From Gammaproteobacteria bacterium (GTDB taxonomy: Bacteria > Pseudomonadota > Gammaproteobacteria > UBA4575), in the NCBI GenBank assembly GCA_965221955.1, contig CBDCTA010000008.1, positions 1 through 18,721 of the forward strand: a stretch of DNA of 18,721 nucleotides, in the 5' to 3' direction. Position 1 is the first letter of the stretch. Every line of letters begins with the position of its first letter. Below the pieces are notes generated by a model. It did no database searches. It saw only the letters and a program-made list of their open reading frames with translations, and had not been told where the DNA came from. Shown here in pieces: positions 1 through 7,696 of the stretch. The position numbers were made by a program, and so were the translations under genes.

Positions 1-2
1 GG

Positions 3-1049
3 CTAAACGATCTAGGTTTTAATATCCAAATCATTCGTAGTTCAGATGAAGACTCTGAACATAAAGCAAATTTAATTGCCTGGATTGGCCCAGAGGATAA
101 CAATGGCGATGATGGTCTTGTGTTATCCGGTCATACCGATACCGTAAATTTTGACCAAACTGGTTGGAATACAAATCCCTTTAAAGCCACACAAGTCGAT
201 GAAAAAATTTATGGCTTAGGCACAGCAGATATGAAGTCGTTTCTAGCCATTGCAATAGAGGCTGCAAAAGCATTTGCTAGTAAAGATTTAAAACAACGCC
301 TTACTATTGTTGCCACTGCAGACGAAGAATCCACAATGCAAGGTGCCAAAACGCTTGTTGCGTCTAATCAGAAATTTGGCAAATATTGCATCATCGGAGA
401 ACCTACCAACCTAACGCCCGTGAACCAACACAAAGGTATCTTTATGGAGTCGGTAAAACTCATAGGACAACCAGGTCATTCTAGCGACCCTAGTCTGGGT
501 AATAATGCTTTAGAGGGTATGCGCTTAGTGTTAAACGAGCTTGAGCAATTCAAACAAGAACTTACTCATAAATATATAAATCATGACTTTGTTGTTCCCG
601 TACCCACATTAAATCTTGGCCATATACATGGCGGCGATAACCCCAACCGTATTTGTGCGGAATGTGAATTACACATCGACATGCGTCCCTTACCTGGAAT
701 GCAAATAGAATCACTAAAAGATGAATTACATACACGCATCTTAAAGATTGCTCAAACGCTTGGATTAAAATATGAGTTCACAGCTTTGTTTGATGGAGTA
801 CCTGCATTCAAAACAGATGAGCAATCAAAAATTGTACAACTTGCTCAAGAACTAAGTAACAAAAAAGCAATGACTGTTGCATTTGGAACGGAAGCACCCT
901 ATTTCAACGCTCTAGGCATGGAAACGATCATATTAGGTCCTGGCTCTATCGACCAAGCCCACCAACAAAATGAATATTTATCCATGAGTTCGATTCAACC
1001 CACTATAGCTATTTTACAAAAAGCCATTTCAGATATTTGTTTACAATAA
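3..1049 (+). CDS. argE: Acetylornithine deacetylase (M20 family), 5' end outside window
   Basis: The frame of ORF 120..1049 is open back to position 3 (LNDLGFNIQII...KANLIAWIGP...GLVLSGHTDTV). M20/ArgE motifs present: SGHTDTV, GLGTADMKSF, ADEES, IIGEPT, GHSSDPSLGNNA, GGDNPNRIC, FGTEAP, GPGSIDQAHQ. argA lies 3.5 kb downstream. Confidence 0.93.
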   Translation, partial: LNDLGFNIQIIRSSDEDSEHKANLIAWIGPEDNNGDDGLVLSGHTDTVNFDQTGWNTNPFKATQVDEKIYGLGTADMKSFLAIAIEAAKAFASKDLKQRLTIVATADEESTMQGAKTLVASNQKFGKYCIIGEPTNLTPVNQHKGIFMESVKLIGQPGHSSDPSLGNNALEGMRLVLNELEQFKQELTHKYINHDFVVPVPTLNLGHIHGGDNPNRICAECELHIDMRPLPGMQIESLKDELHTRILKIAQTLGLKYEFTALFDGVPAFKTDEQSKIVQLAQELSNKKAMTVAFGTEAPYFNALGMETIILGPGSIDQAHQQNEYLSMSSIQPTIAILQKAISDICLQ

Positions 1050-1113
1050 GCTACTTCGAATCTTATTCAATACCTTTAAAATTATCTGAACAACTGTTCA
1101 AGAACTGTTCCTT

Positions 1114-1155
1114 ATAGGCTTTGCTCCAATAGGATAGTTGGGCAAACCTATTTTT
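1114..1155 (+). terminator. Stem-loop with short T tract downstream of argE, possible intrinsic terminator
   Basis: ATAGGCTTTGCTCCAA (1114-1129) pairs with TTGGGCAAACCTAT (1138-1151), giving 14 bp with two single-base bulges, followed by TTTT. Confidence 0.4.
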
Positions 1156-1340
1156 CGCTTGCAACACTTGGATCAATGCCTGACATGACACAGATCGGCT
1201 AAACCAGAAACTTTAGCCCAGTTATATGCCCAAAATGACCTTTTAGCTGCTAGTTTCTGCACTTGATACTCACATTAAAGATGATGCGTGAACTCAAGCG
1301 TTGGAACATTTATTCAATAAAGCTAAATGGATTTTGCTTC

Positions 1341-2183
1341 ATGAAAGATTTTTGCAAAAGAACAGTTAATACAAAATGGTTTGAATACTCCATTATCAGC
1401 TTGATATTAATCAATGCTGCCGTACTTGGCTTAGAAACCTCTGCAAGTATTAATCAAAAATACACTTCTCTTTTCACCTTTATTAATCAATTTGTCTTAG
1501 CAATTTTCGTACTAGAAGCAGTAATGAAAATTACGGCAGTGTATCCAAAGATTGGAAAATATTTTCGTGATGGGTGGAATGTATTTGATTTTACAATTGT
1601 TGTATTGTCTTTCGTTCCAGCCACTGGTCAATTTGCCGTCATCGCACGTCTTGCAAGATTAATGCGTGTACTTCGACTAATTTCAGCCTTACCCGAATTA
1701 AAATTAATTGTCAGCACTTTGATTCGATCTATCCCAAGCATGGGGAATGTTGTTTTACTAATGTCTGTAATTTTTTATGTGTATGCAATTTTAGGTTTTC
1801 ACCTTTTTCATCAACATGACCCCCAACACTGGGGTAATTTAGGTGTAGCACTACTCTCACTGTTTAGAATTGCCACATTAGAAGATTGGACTGACCTAAT
1901 GTATGCCGGAATGGAAATGAGCCCACATGCGTGGATTTTCTTTGTAAGCTTTGTCGTAATTGGCACATTCGTAGTAATTAACTTGTTTATTGCCATCATC
2001 ATCAATAATCTTGATAACGCTAAAGCTCAAGCATTAGAAGAATTAAAATCTGTTCCTAGCCGAGACGATTTAATTAAAGAATTAAATGAAGCTGAAGAAG
2101 CACTTGCTAAGGTACAACTGCGCCTACGCGAGGCTTTCGATCTTGATTCTTCTACACAAAAAATACGTAAAGTGCGTATTTGA
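1341..2183 (+). CDS. Bacterial voltage-gated cation channel (BacNav-like 6TM ion transport protein), filter TLEDWTD
   Basis: Six hydrophobic segments, YFRDGWNVFDF (S2-S3), S4 RLARLMRVLR with four Arg at every third position, pore ATLEDWTD, S6 FVVINLFIAIII and a C-terminal coiled coil. ATG 1341 (280 aa) is preferred over TTG 1263 because the extension is not channel-like. Confidence 0.92.
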   Translation: MKDFCKRTVNTKWFEYSIISLILINAAVLGLETSASINQKYTSLFTFINQFVLAIFVLEAVMKITAVYPKIGKYFRDGWNVFDFTIVVLSFVPATGQFAVIARLARLMRVLRLISALPELKLIVSTLIRSIPSMGNVVLLMSVIFYVYAILGFHLFHQHDPQHWGNLGVALLSLFRIATLEDWTDLMYAGMEMSPHAWIFFVSFVVIGTFVVINLFIAIIINNLDNAKAQALEELKSVPSRDDLIKELNEAEEALAKVQLRLREAFDLDSSTQKIRKVRI

Positions 2184-2219
2184 TTGCTTAAAATAATCTG
2201 CTTTCAGAAACTCGGCTAG

Positions 2220-2684
2220 CTAAGCGTTTCTTTTAAACCGATTCAAGCCTAGAAAAATACCCTTTATACCTGCAATTGAAAACAGCACTCCAACTATAGC
2301 AGGAGTTAATTCTCTTTCTGTCCAAGCAAAGTAAAGCCCTAATACACCCACTGCAGCTGTCAAAATAGACACAATGATTAACACCGAAGGATTTATAAAT
2401 CCATCGTTATCAACTTTAAAGTCTCGCCCTGTAATTAAACGATAAGATAAAACAAATAGAAATATTGTGAGTACAGGTGTTATGAATATTATGGTAAGAA
2501 ATACAAGTATCGATTGAATCTGTATACCAGAAAGACTAAAACTTTCCCCAGAAATAATCCCACTAATAATTGCTGCAAATGCATGCAAACTAATCCAACT
2601 TCCGATTAGGGCTAAAATCAGGGTAAATATTCCAAACCAAAACGAACTAAAACTGTTTGTTTCTATCTGCCCATTTTTTTTCAT
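2220..2684 (-). CDS. Hypothetical integral membrane protein (about 4 TM)
   Basis: 154-aa ORF with four long hydrophobic stretches; no recognised motif. Confidence 0.7.
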   Translation of the reverse strand: MKKNGQIETNSFSSFWFGIFTLILALIGSWISLHAFAAIISGIISGESFSLSGIQIQSILVFLTIIFITPVLTIFLFVLSYRLITGRDFKVDNDGFINPSVLIIVSILTAAVGVLGLYFAWTERELTPAIVGVLFSIAGIKGIFLGLNRFKRNA

Positions 2685-2753
2685 TTGAATTTAGCTTTTT
2701 TGAAATCTAACTTGGGCTTCTATTTTGGACAGGGAAAAAACCTTCCCTAGCAA

Positions 2754-3113
2754 TCACCTACCCAGGGCTAACACCAAAATTAACAAAATTAAGATTAATA
2801 GTGCTGCTGCAGTACCTACACTTCCTGCTGCAGGCAAATCTTCAAATTTATCTGCAAACATTTGTATTTCAGCATCCGTCATAGCATTGATACGTTCTTG
2901 AGCAAGCTCAGTAGAAACACCATTTTGTTCTAAAAGTACCTGAGCATCTACTCGCGTTACAATACTCAGTAAACGTTCTCTTTTGTGTTCAACATGGTAC
3001 TCATCCAATAATTGTCCCGTTCCAACCACGCCCGCATAAACTGGTACTGTATGCGTAAACAAAAGAGAAAAAACACTTATATACACAACAAAAAGGTAAG
3101 AAAAATTTTTCAT
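2754..3113 (-). CDS. PA2779-family-like exported protein with C-terminal membrane anchor
   Basis: Signal peptide ending VYA, then GVVGT...RERLLSIVTRVDAQVLLEQNGVSTELAQERINAMTDAEIQMFADKFEDLPAAG and a hydrophobic tail. This matches the PA2779 family pattern as I recall it. RBS AAGGAG upstream. Confidence 0.75.
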   Translation of the reverse strand: MKNFSYLFVVYISVFSLLFTHTVPVYAGVVGTGQLLDEYHVEHKRERLLSIVTRVDAQVLLEQNGVSTELAQERINAMTDAEIQMFADKFEDLPAAGSVGTAAALLILILLILVLALGR

Positions 3114-3162
3114 AACCTAAGCTCCTTAAACGAATATTGGGAAAGCAGAATGCTTAATAGAT

Positions 3163-3561
3163 TTATTGCGTTTTCTTTCTCTTAAAACGCTCAAATTTTA
3201 ATTTATAGATATTACCCTGAGGCACCGCATCATCTTCTACAATTAAGTCTTCGGTTTGATTGCTCCTATCACGAGTTGAAATGATACGAGCATTTTCCTC
3301 ATCCTGACACGCTACAGGATCTACATCATGGTTTTGATAATCTTCAGGTGTACAAGGACGAAAACCAGGCAATACTTTAGATTCATAAATAGTAACTGTT
3401 TCAGTTTCAACGGTTTCTTGCTTAACAGGAGACTGTGTAGGAGGTGGAGCATCAACCACTATCTCAGGCGGTGGCTGTGCATCTCTTTCTTCCTCTGCCA
3501 TAACACTTACAGTCCAAATTAATGACAGCAAGAAAAATAATATGTGCTTTAATCTAATCAT
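3163..3561 (-). CDS. Hypothetical exported protein, Pro/acidic-rich, with one Cys pair
   Basis: GAGGAG lies 6 nt before ATG 3561 (MIRLKH...). Signal peptide ending VMA, PPP-rich linker, two Cys, basic C-terminus. Confidence 0.65.
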   Translation of the reverse strand: MIRLKHILFFLLSLIWTVSVMAEEERDAQPPPEIVVDAPPPTQSPVKQETVETETVTIYESKVLPGFRPCTPEDYQNHDVDPVACQDEENARIISTRDRSNQTEDLIVEDDAVPQGNIYKLKFERFKRKKTQ

Positions 3562-3578
3562 ACCCAACTCCTCAGTAT

Positions 3579-3606
3579 AAAAAGATTAAGCCTAAACGCT
3601 TAACCT
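3579..3606 (-). terminator. Possible weak intrinsic terminator after the 3624..4319 gene
   Basis: Minus strand reads AGGTTAAGC-GTTTAG-GCTTAATCT followed by TTTT: a 9-bp AT-rich stem with one G-U pair. Confidence 0.3.
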
Positions 3607-3623
3607 TAAATTATATTAAGTTT

Positions 3624-4319
3624 TTATAGTTCTGCTTTTAGCCTTTTTGAGATTTCCTCATCAATCGCCGCAATGGCTTGTTCAAGTTCATTAACAGAAT
3701 ATATATTTTGAATTAAATATTTATCATGTTTCACTTTTGCATACGATTCATCTAACTCTTTTCTATACTTACCGATAGCAGTAGTGCTGTCTTTCATATC
3801 TGTAATCATTTTATTGTGAAATTCTTTGTTCTCATTGAACGAAAACATCATCGACATATACACCGCAGAAAAACGAAAATCATAGGACTTATAATCGTCG
3901 AGAGAGTGCACATAAGTCCGCGCGGCACGAATTTCATTATTAAAGGTATCACTGTAACCCAAGAGTTTTTCTTTAAATTCTCCATCGATTCCATAATCTT
4001 CAATCATCTTTGGAATAACCTGTACGATGTTCAAACGCTTATCGTCATGCGCTAGAATAGAGTCTAGTAACTTCTGTTTCGCCACCTCTGGCTTATCGTT
4101 AGCCTCTTTAATCACCGCTAAATCACGTACTCGAGTCTCACGCTCATCTTGTAGCTGCTCTAAACTTAAACTTTCCATGTTTTCAGGCGCTTGGTAGATC
4201 ACCTTCACCCGATCAAGAATGGGAGACTTTTTGATTTCTCCACCCGCTAAACACGCAGAACCCACCATAAGTAAGGCTAAAAAGCTTAAATATGCTGAAA
4301 TTAACCGGATCTTTAACAT
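3624..4319 (-). CDS. Hypothetical exported alpha-helical protein
   Basis: 231-aa ORF with N-terminal signal peptide (MLKIRLISAYLSFLALLMVGSACLAG) and charged helical/coiled-coil composition; family not recognised. Confidence 0.72.
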   Translation of the reverse strand: MLKIRLISAYLSFLALLMVGSACLAGGEIKKSPILDRVKVIYQAPENMESLSLEQLQDERETRVRDLAVIKEANDKPEVAKQKLLDSILAHDDKRLNIVQVIPKMIEDYGIDGEFKEKLLGYSDTFNNEIRAARTYVHSLDDYKSYDFRFSAVYMSMMFSFNENKEFHNKMITDMKDSTTAIGKYRKELDESYAKVKHDKYLIQNIYSVNELEQAIAAIDEEISKRLKAEL

Positions 4320-4526
4320 TCTTTATTCCCTATATAGATAATTCAGTGTATAAAATTCGACCGGCCGCCAGAATGGCTCTAACGTAGACGGCAACAAGTA
4401 CCCTATTATAAGGTGCAAAAGGTGCCTTAGATAGCAAAACATTAGGCAGAATAACCTTTACTATTTCATAGACTTAACAAAAATAATATAAATTAACTTT
4501 TACTCAAACTTAAGCGTTATACAGAA

Positions 4527-5840
4527 GTGTCTAAAAATTCTACATTTCAGCTCGAAAGCTTTCGACAAGCCACGCCCTACATTTATGCGCATCGTGGCAA
4601 AACTTTTGTGCTCTACATTAATGACGCATTACTAGCAAAAGAAAATAGTGCCTCATTGATACATGATTTGGCACTGATTCATACATTAGGGGTCAAGCTG
4701 GTTTTGGTATTGGGCTTACGTTCTTTTATCGACAAGAAACTTAGCAAACAATCAGCTAGCACATTCGAGAATGATTGGCGCATTACCGATGCAACAACTT
4801 TAGAAAACATCAAAGAAATAGCTGGCAGTATTAAAACAAATATTGAAGCTCAATTTTCTATTGGCTTGATCAATACCCCTATGTCTGGCATGAAGTTAAA
4901 TGTGGTCAGTGGAAACTATGTTCGTGCAAAGCCTGTTGGTGTACGTGATGGTGTAGATTATCAGTTCACTGGTGAAGTACGCAGTATTGCTGCCCAAGAA
5001 ATTCAGCAACAGTTAGACACAAACAATATCGTCATTATGTTGCCTCTAGGATATTCAAAAACTGGGGATGTCTTTAATTTAAGCAGTATTGAAGTGGCTA
5101 AGCACACAGCGTGCGCATTACAGAGCGAAAAACTAGTTATAATGCTAGATAAATTCAAAGCTCCTGGAAACAAAAAACAAAGTCATAACCATTACAATGT
5201 AAATGAAGCTAAAGAGCTTGCTAAAAAATTACCTAAAAGCAAACAACAGCTCAAATCTTATTTCAACATAGCAATACATGCCTGCTTAGAAAACGTAAAA
5301 CGTGTACACCTGCTAGATGCCTCTAAACCCGGTGCATTACTTGAAGAACTCTATACATTAGATGGTGTAGCAACTTTAATCACTGCAGAAACTTATGACG
5401 ATATTCGACCCGCTACACTCGATGATGTAGGCGGTATCACTGAACTTATTCAACCTTTAATTGATAAAGGTGCACTGGTACCCCGTACTCGTGAACAATT
5501 AGAGTTAGAGATTAAGCAATTTGATGTGATAGAACGTGATGGCATGGTGCTGGCGTGCGGTGCGATCTATACTTTCCCTGAAGATAATGCTGCAGAAATT
5601 GCTTGCCTTGCTGTACACCCTGAATATCAGTCGAATAGCAGAGGCAGCAAAATGCTCGCTCATTTAGAAAAGAAATCTGTGAATTCAGGGATTAGCCTAT
5701 TATTTGTACTTACTACACAAACTTCTCACTGGTTCCGTGAACAGGGTTTTAAGCCTACAAAAATAGAGTCATTACCTATGAAAAAGCGCGCGCTATATAA
5801 TTATCAGCGCAACTCTAAGGCCTACAGCAAAACTCTTTAG
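4527..5840 (+). CDS. argA: Amino-acid N-acetyltransferase (N-acetylglutamate synthase)
   Basis: AAK domain (FRQATPYIYAHRGKTFV, SGNYVRAKPVGVRDGVDYQFTGEVR, LGYSKTGDVFNL) plus GNAT domain (AEIACLAVHPEYQ, LFVLTTQTSHWFREQGF, YNYQRNSK); 437 aa, GTG start. Confidence 0.96.
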   Translation: MSKNSTFQLESFRQATPYIYAHRGKTFVLYINDALLAKENSASLIHDLALIHTLGVKLVLVLGLRSFIDKKLSKQSASTFENDWRITDATTLENIKEIAGSIKTNIEAQFSIGLINTPMSGMKLNVVSGNYVRAKPVGVRDGVDYQFTGEVRSIAAQEIQQQLDTNNIVIMLPLGYSKTGDVFNLSSIEVAKHTACALQSEKLVIMLDKFKAPGNKKQSHNHYNVNEAKELAKKLPKSKQQLKSYFNIAIHACLENVKRVHLLDASKPGALLEELYTLDGVATLITAETYDDIRPATLDDVGGITELIQPLIDKGALVPRTREQLELEIKQFDVIERDGMVLACGAIYTFPEDNAAEIACLAVHPEYQSNSRGSKMLAHLEKKSVNSGISLLFVLTTQTSHWFREQGFKPTKIESLPMKKRALYNYQRNSKAYSKTL

Positions 5841-5956
5841 TCACTTCTTCTACCCAAGCATAGCCAGAACGGTAGGGCTTTCCCTTGAACCTTAAGTGAC
5901 TATAATCAGCGCTGTTAACTCACAAATAATTTACACCAGGGAGAGAAAATAGAATC

Positions 5957-6367
5957 ATGAAGATCGATTCAACTGTACTCGTGAGCCTAGGTATTCTTTT
6001 AGGCGTCGTACTTACCATGTTCATCCAACCTATCAACACTACACTCATGATAGCGGGTGGCTTATTAGCCTTAGCAATAGTATTCAGTGCAATAAAAGGA
6101 TTAGCCAGACGATCTACACGTTCTGACAATAAGCGAAAAGCATCAAGTGGAAAATCTGTTGCTGGCCAAACCCAAGGCACAGTGAAATGGTTTAATTATA
6201 AAAAAGGATTTGGATTTATCGAACAAGAAAATGGTGAAGACGTTTTTGTTCATCACCGCTCCATTATTGGCAAAGGACGCAAGTCATTACGTGAAGGCCA
6301 AAAAGTATTAATGGATATTGTTGATGGCGACAAAGGCTTACAAGCAGAGAACGTTAGCCCTCTCTAA
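5957..6367 (+). CDS. Cold-shock domain protein with two N-terminal transmembrane helices
   Basis: Two hydrophobic helices, a basic linker, then a CSD ([15 protein letters not shown] = RNP1, DVFVHH = RNP2, GLQAENV). Confidence 0.92.
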   Translation: MKIDSTVLVSLGILLGVVLTMFIQPINTTLMIAGGLLALAIVFSAIKGLARRSTRSDNKRKASSGKSVAGQTQGTVKWFNYKKGFGFIEQENGEDVFVHHRSIIGKGRKSLREGQKVLMDIVDGDKGLQAENVSPL

Positions 6368-6594
6368 TGGCTGATAATTCAAACTTTTTGCTTAACCCAG
6401 TGTTATGGCTAGTCATTGCATTGACATTGGGTTTAGCTCCTTTTCTCCCCGAACCTCATGTATGGGAAAAACTTAAATGGATTCTTGCAGGTGCTTCGGG
6501 AATGAAACCTATCGACTGGTTTGATTTCTTTTTACATGGCACTCCTTGGGTAATGCTTATTTATTCGCTCATCCGAAAATTCATCAAAAGCTAA
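6367..6594 (+). CDS. Small membrane protein (LGLAPF-PEPH...PIDWFD...HG.PW type), function unknown
   Basis: 75-aa hydrophobic ORF whose start overlaps the CSD stop (TAATG). The motif pattern resembles a widespread uncharacterised family, recalled from memory. Confidence 0.78.
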   Translation: MADNSNFLLNPVLWLVIALTLGLAPFLPEPHVWEKLKWILAGASGMKPIDWFDFFLHGTPWVMLIYSLIRKFIKS

Positions 6595-6605
6595 CTCAGC
6601 ATAAA

Positions 6606-7076
6606 TTATGCAGCCTGCGAACTTGAGTTACTAGTATCTACCTGTTGCCTCCAGTTTCCTTCTCTAAATTGCAATAGAGCTTTTCGCGCTGCACTTGGAT
6701 CCGTATCGTCTTTTCTACGAAACCCAGATTTAAGAAATTGGTGAAATCCTGCTAAGTTTTCTTTGGCCGTTTGATTAGAACGATAGAAACCCATCGACCA
6801 GGTTTCAAAATCCCTCTCTTCTAGCTCGCCTCTGAACAACACTCGAGTTTCCGAGTGACGCGTATCCTCACTAATTTTACTATACAAACTCTCTACAACA
6901 TCTTTAGAACCTTCAAGTGCTTGAATAAATGAGCCTTGATGGAATAACAACATTCCAGAAATATTAAGACTCTTATTATTAGCACGTGCTTTACTTAACA
7001 TTTCTTGCAACTCATCCTCAGTAAATTCTTTATTTGCCGCACTGATATAGACCAACTGAAAAATCTTTTCTTCCAT
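6606..7076 (-). CDS. Stand-alone BLUF-domain blue-light photoreceptor
   Basis: BLUF signatures LVYIS (Tyr), ARANN, ISGMLL, FIQALEG (Gln), DTRH, RDFETWSM (Trp/Met). GGAG precedes ATG 7076 (156 aa). Short C-terminal extension and no output domain. Confidence 0.95.
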   Translation of the reverse strand: MEEKIFQLVYISAANKEFTEDELQEMLSKARANNKSLNISGMLLFHQGSFIQALEGSKDVVESLYSKISEDTRHSETRVLFRGELEERDFETWSMGFYRSNQTAKENLAGFHQFLKSGFRRKDDTDPSAARKALLQFREGNWRQQVDTSNSSSQAA

Positions 7077-7112
7077 TATGGACTCCACTCAAATTTAATT
7101 TACCAACTATCT

Positions 7113-7139
7113 ATATCGGCAGAGTATCGTGAAACCTAA
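7113..7139 (-). promoter_or_regulatory. Putative sigma-28 (FliA) promoter of the BLUF gene
   Basis: Minus strand TTAGGTTT-N11-GCCGATAT versus consensus TAAAGTTT-N11-GCCGATAA: 6/8 and 7/8 matches with exact spacing, 36 nt upstream of the ATG. Confidence 0.65.
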
Positions 7140-7263
7140 GTGATGCGGCTCTCAAATGAGAAAATCATATTTAGATTAAATATCACTATATTGCTATCTA
7201 CATGTCATTTTCTTGTCATTTTTTACATTTGTAATTTCATTTACTAATTTAGTGGAGAACGAC

Positions 7264-7689
7264 ATGAAAGAAATTTCTTGCTTTTCATTCAAAACCCAAC
7301 TTGGCCCATACGAAACCTGGAGCTTATGTTCAGAACTAATCAAAGACGGAAAATGCACCGGAAAGTACATCCCTGGGTTTGTTATTGGTGCACAGTATGC
7401 ATATAAAGATCTATATCTAATTGTAACCTCATGGGATTGTCCCTACGAAGAATCACAAGAGTTTATATTGCTATCGCAAGACTTAACGGTTTTATGCAAA
7501 AAACATATTGGACATATATATTCCACTGTGCAGCTTGAAAGTCATGAAGCAGTAGCTGAAGATCAAATAATGTTTCACTGTAATGATGATCTCGATATTT
7601 TAGTCACTGCTAAATCAGGGCTACTACATTCATCACCACCCTTTTTCACAACCAAAAAGATACAACGTGAAATTGCTTCTGCGATTTAA
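7264..7689 (+). CDS. Hypothetical cytoplasmic protein
   Basis: GGAG RBS precedes ATG 7264 (141 aa), preferred over TTG 7213. Beta-strand-like pattern with motifs GPYETW and WDCPYEE; family not nameable. Confidence 0.7.
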   Translation: MKEISCFSFKTQLGPYETWSLCSELIKDGKCTGKYIPGFVIGAQYAYKDLYLIVTSWDCPYEESQEFILLSQDLTVLCKKHIGHIYSTVQLESHEAVAEDQIMFHCNDDLDILVTAKSGLLHSSPPFFTTKKIQREIASAI

Positions 7690-7696
7690 TAATTAT

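Noticed and set aside
1096-1110. GTTC-N7-GTTC, the alphaproteobacterial LexA box pattern
   Set aside because: Gene content looks gammaproteobacterial (expected box CTGT-N8-ACAG), and the downstream gene is not an SOS gene.
1192-1215. Sigma-28-like boxes TAAAGTTT and GCCGATCT on the minus strand
   Set aside because: The spacer is 8 nt rather than 11, and it points antisense into argE with no gene to drive.
1114-1220. GGGCAAACC and nearby hairpins reminiscent of a c-di-GMP-I riboswitch, or of an attC site with bulged bases
   Set aside because: The GNRA-capped stem and following GCAAAGC are not in the required order on one strand; there are no RYYYAAC/GTTRRRY ends and no integrase.
1263-1340. 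N-terminal extension of the channel ORF from TTG 1263
   Set aside because: Not channel-like; ATG 1341 gives a typical BacNav length.
1811-2005. 64-aa minus-strand ORF
   Set aside because: Antisense shadow inside the channel gene.
3328-4055. Plus-strand ORFs 3328..3522 and 3816..4055
   Set aside because: Antisense to longer genes with signal peptides; no recognisable features.
4320-4526. Possible ARG boxes upstream of argA
   Set aside because: No convincing TGAAT-N4-ATTCA pair; only AT-rich partial matches.
5920-6180. 86-aa minus-strand ORF
   Set aside because: Antisense shadow of the CSD gene.
1341-7139. Channel plus BLUF as one light-to-electrical signalling system
   Set aside because: They are more than 4 kb apart, separated by argA, on opposite strands and share no visible regulatory motif; proximity alone is not evidence.
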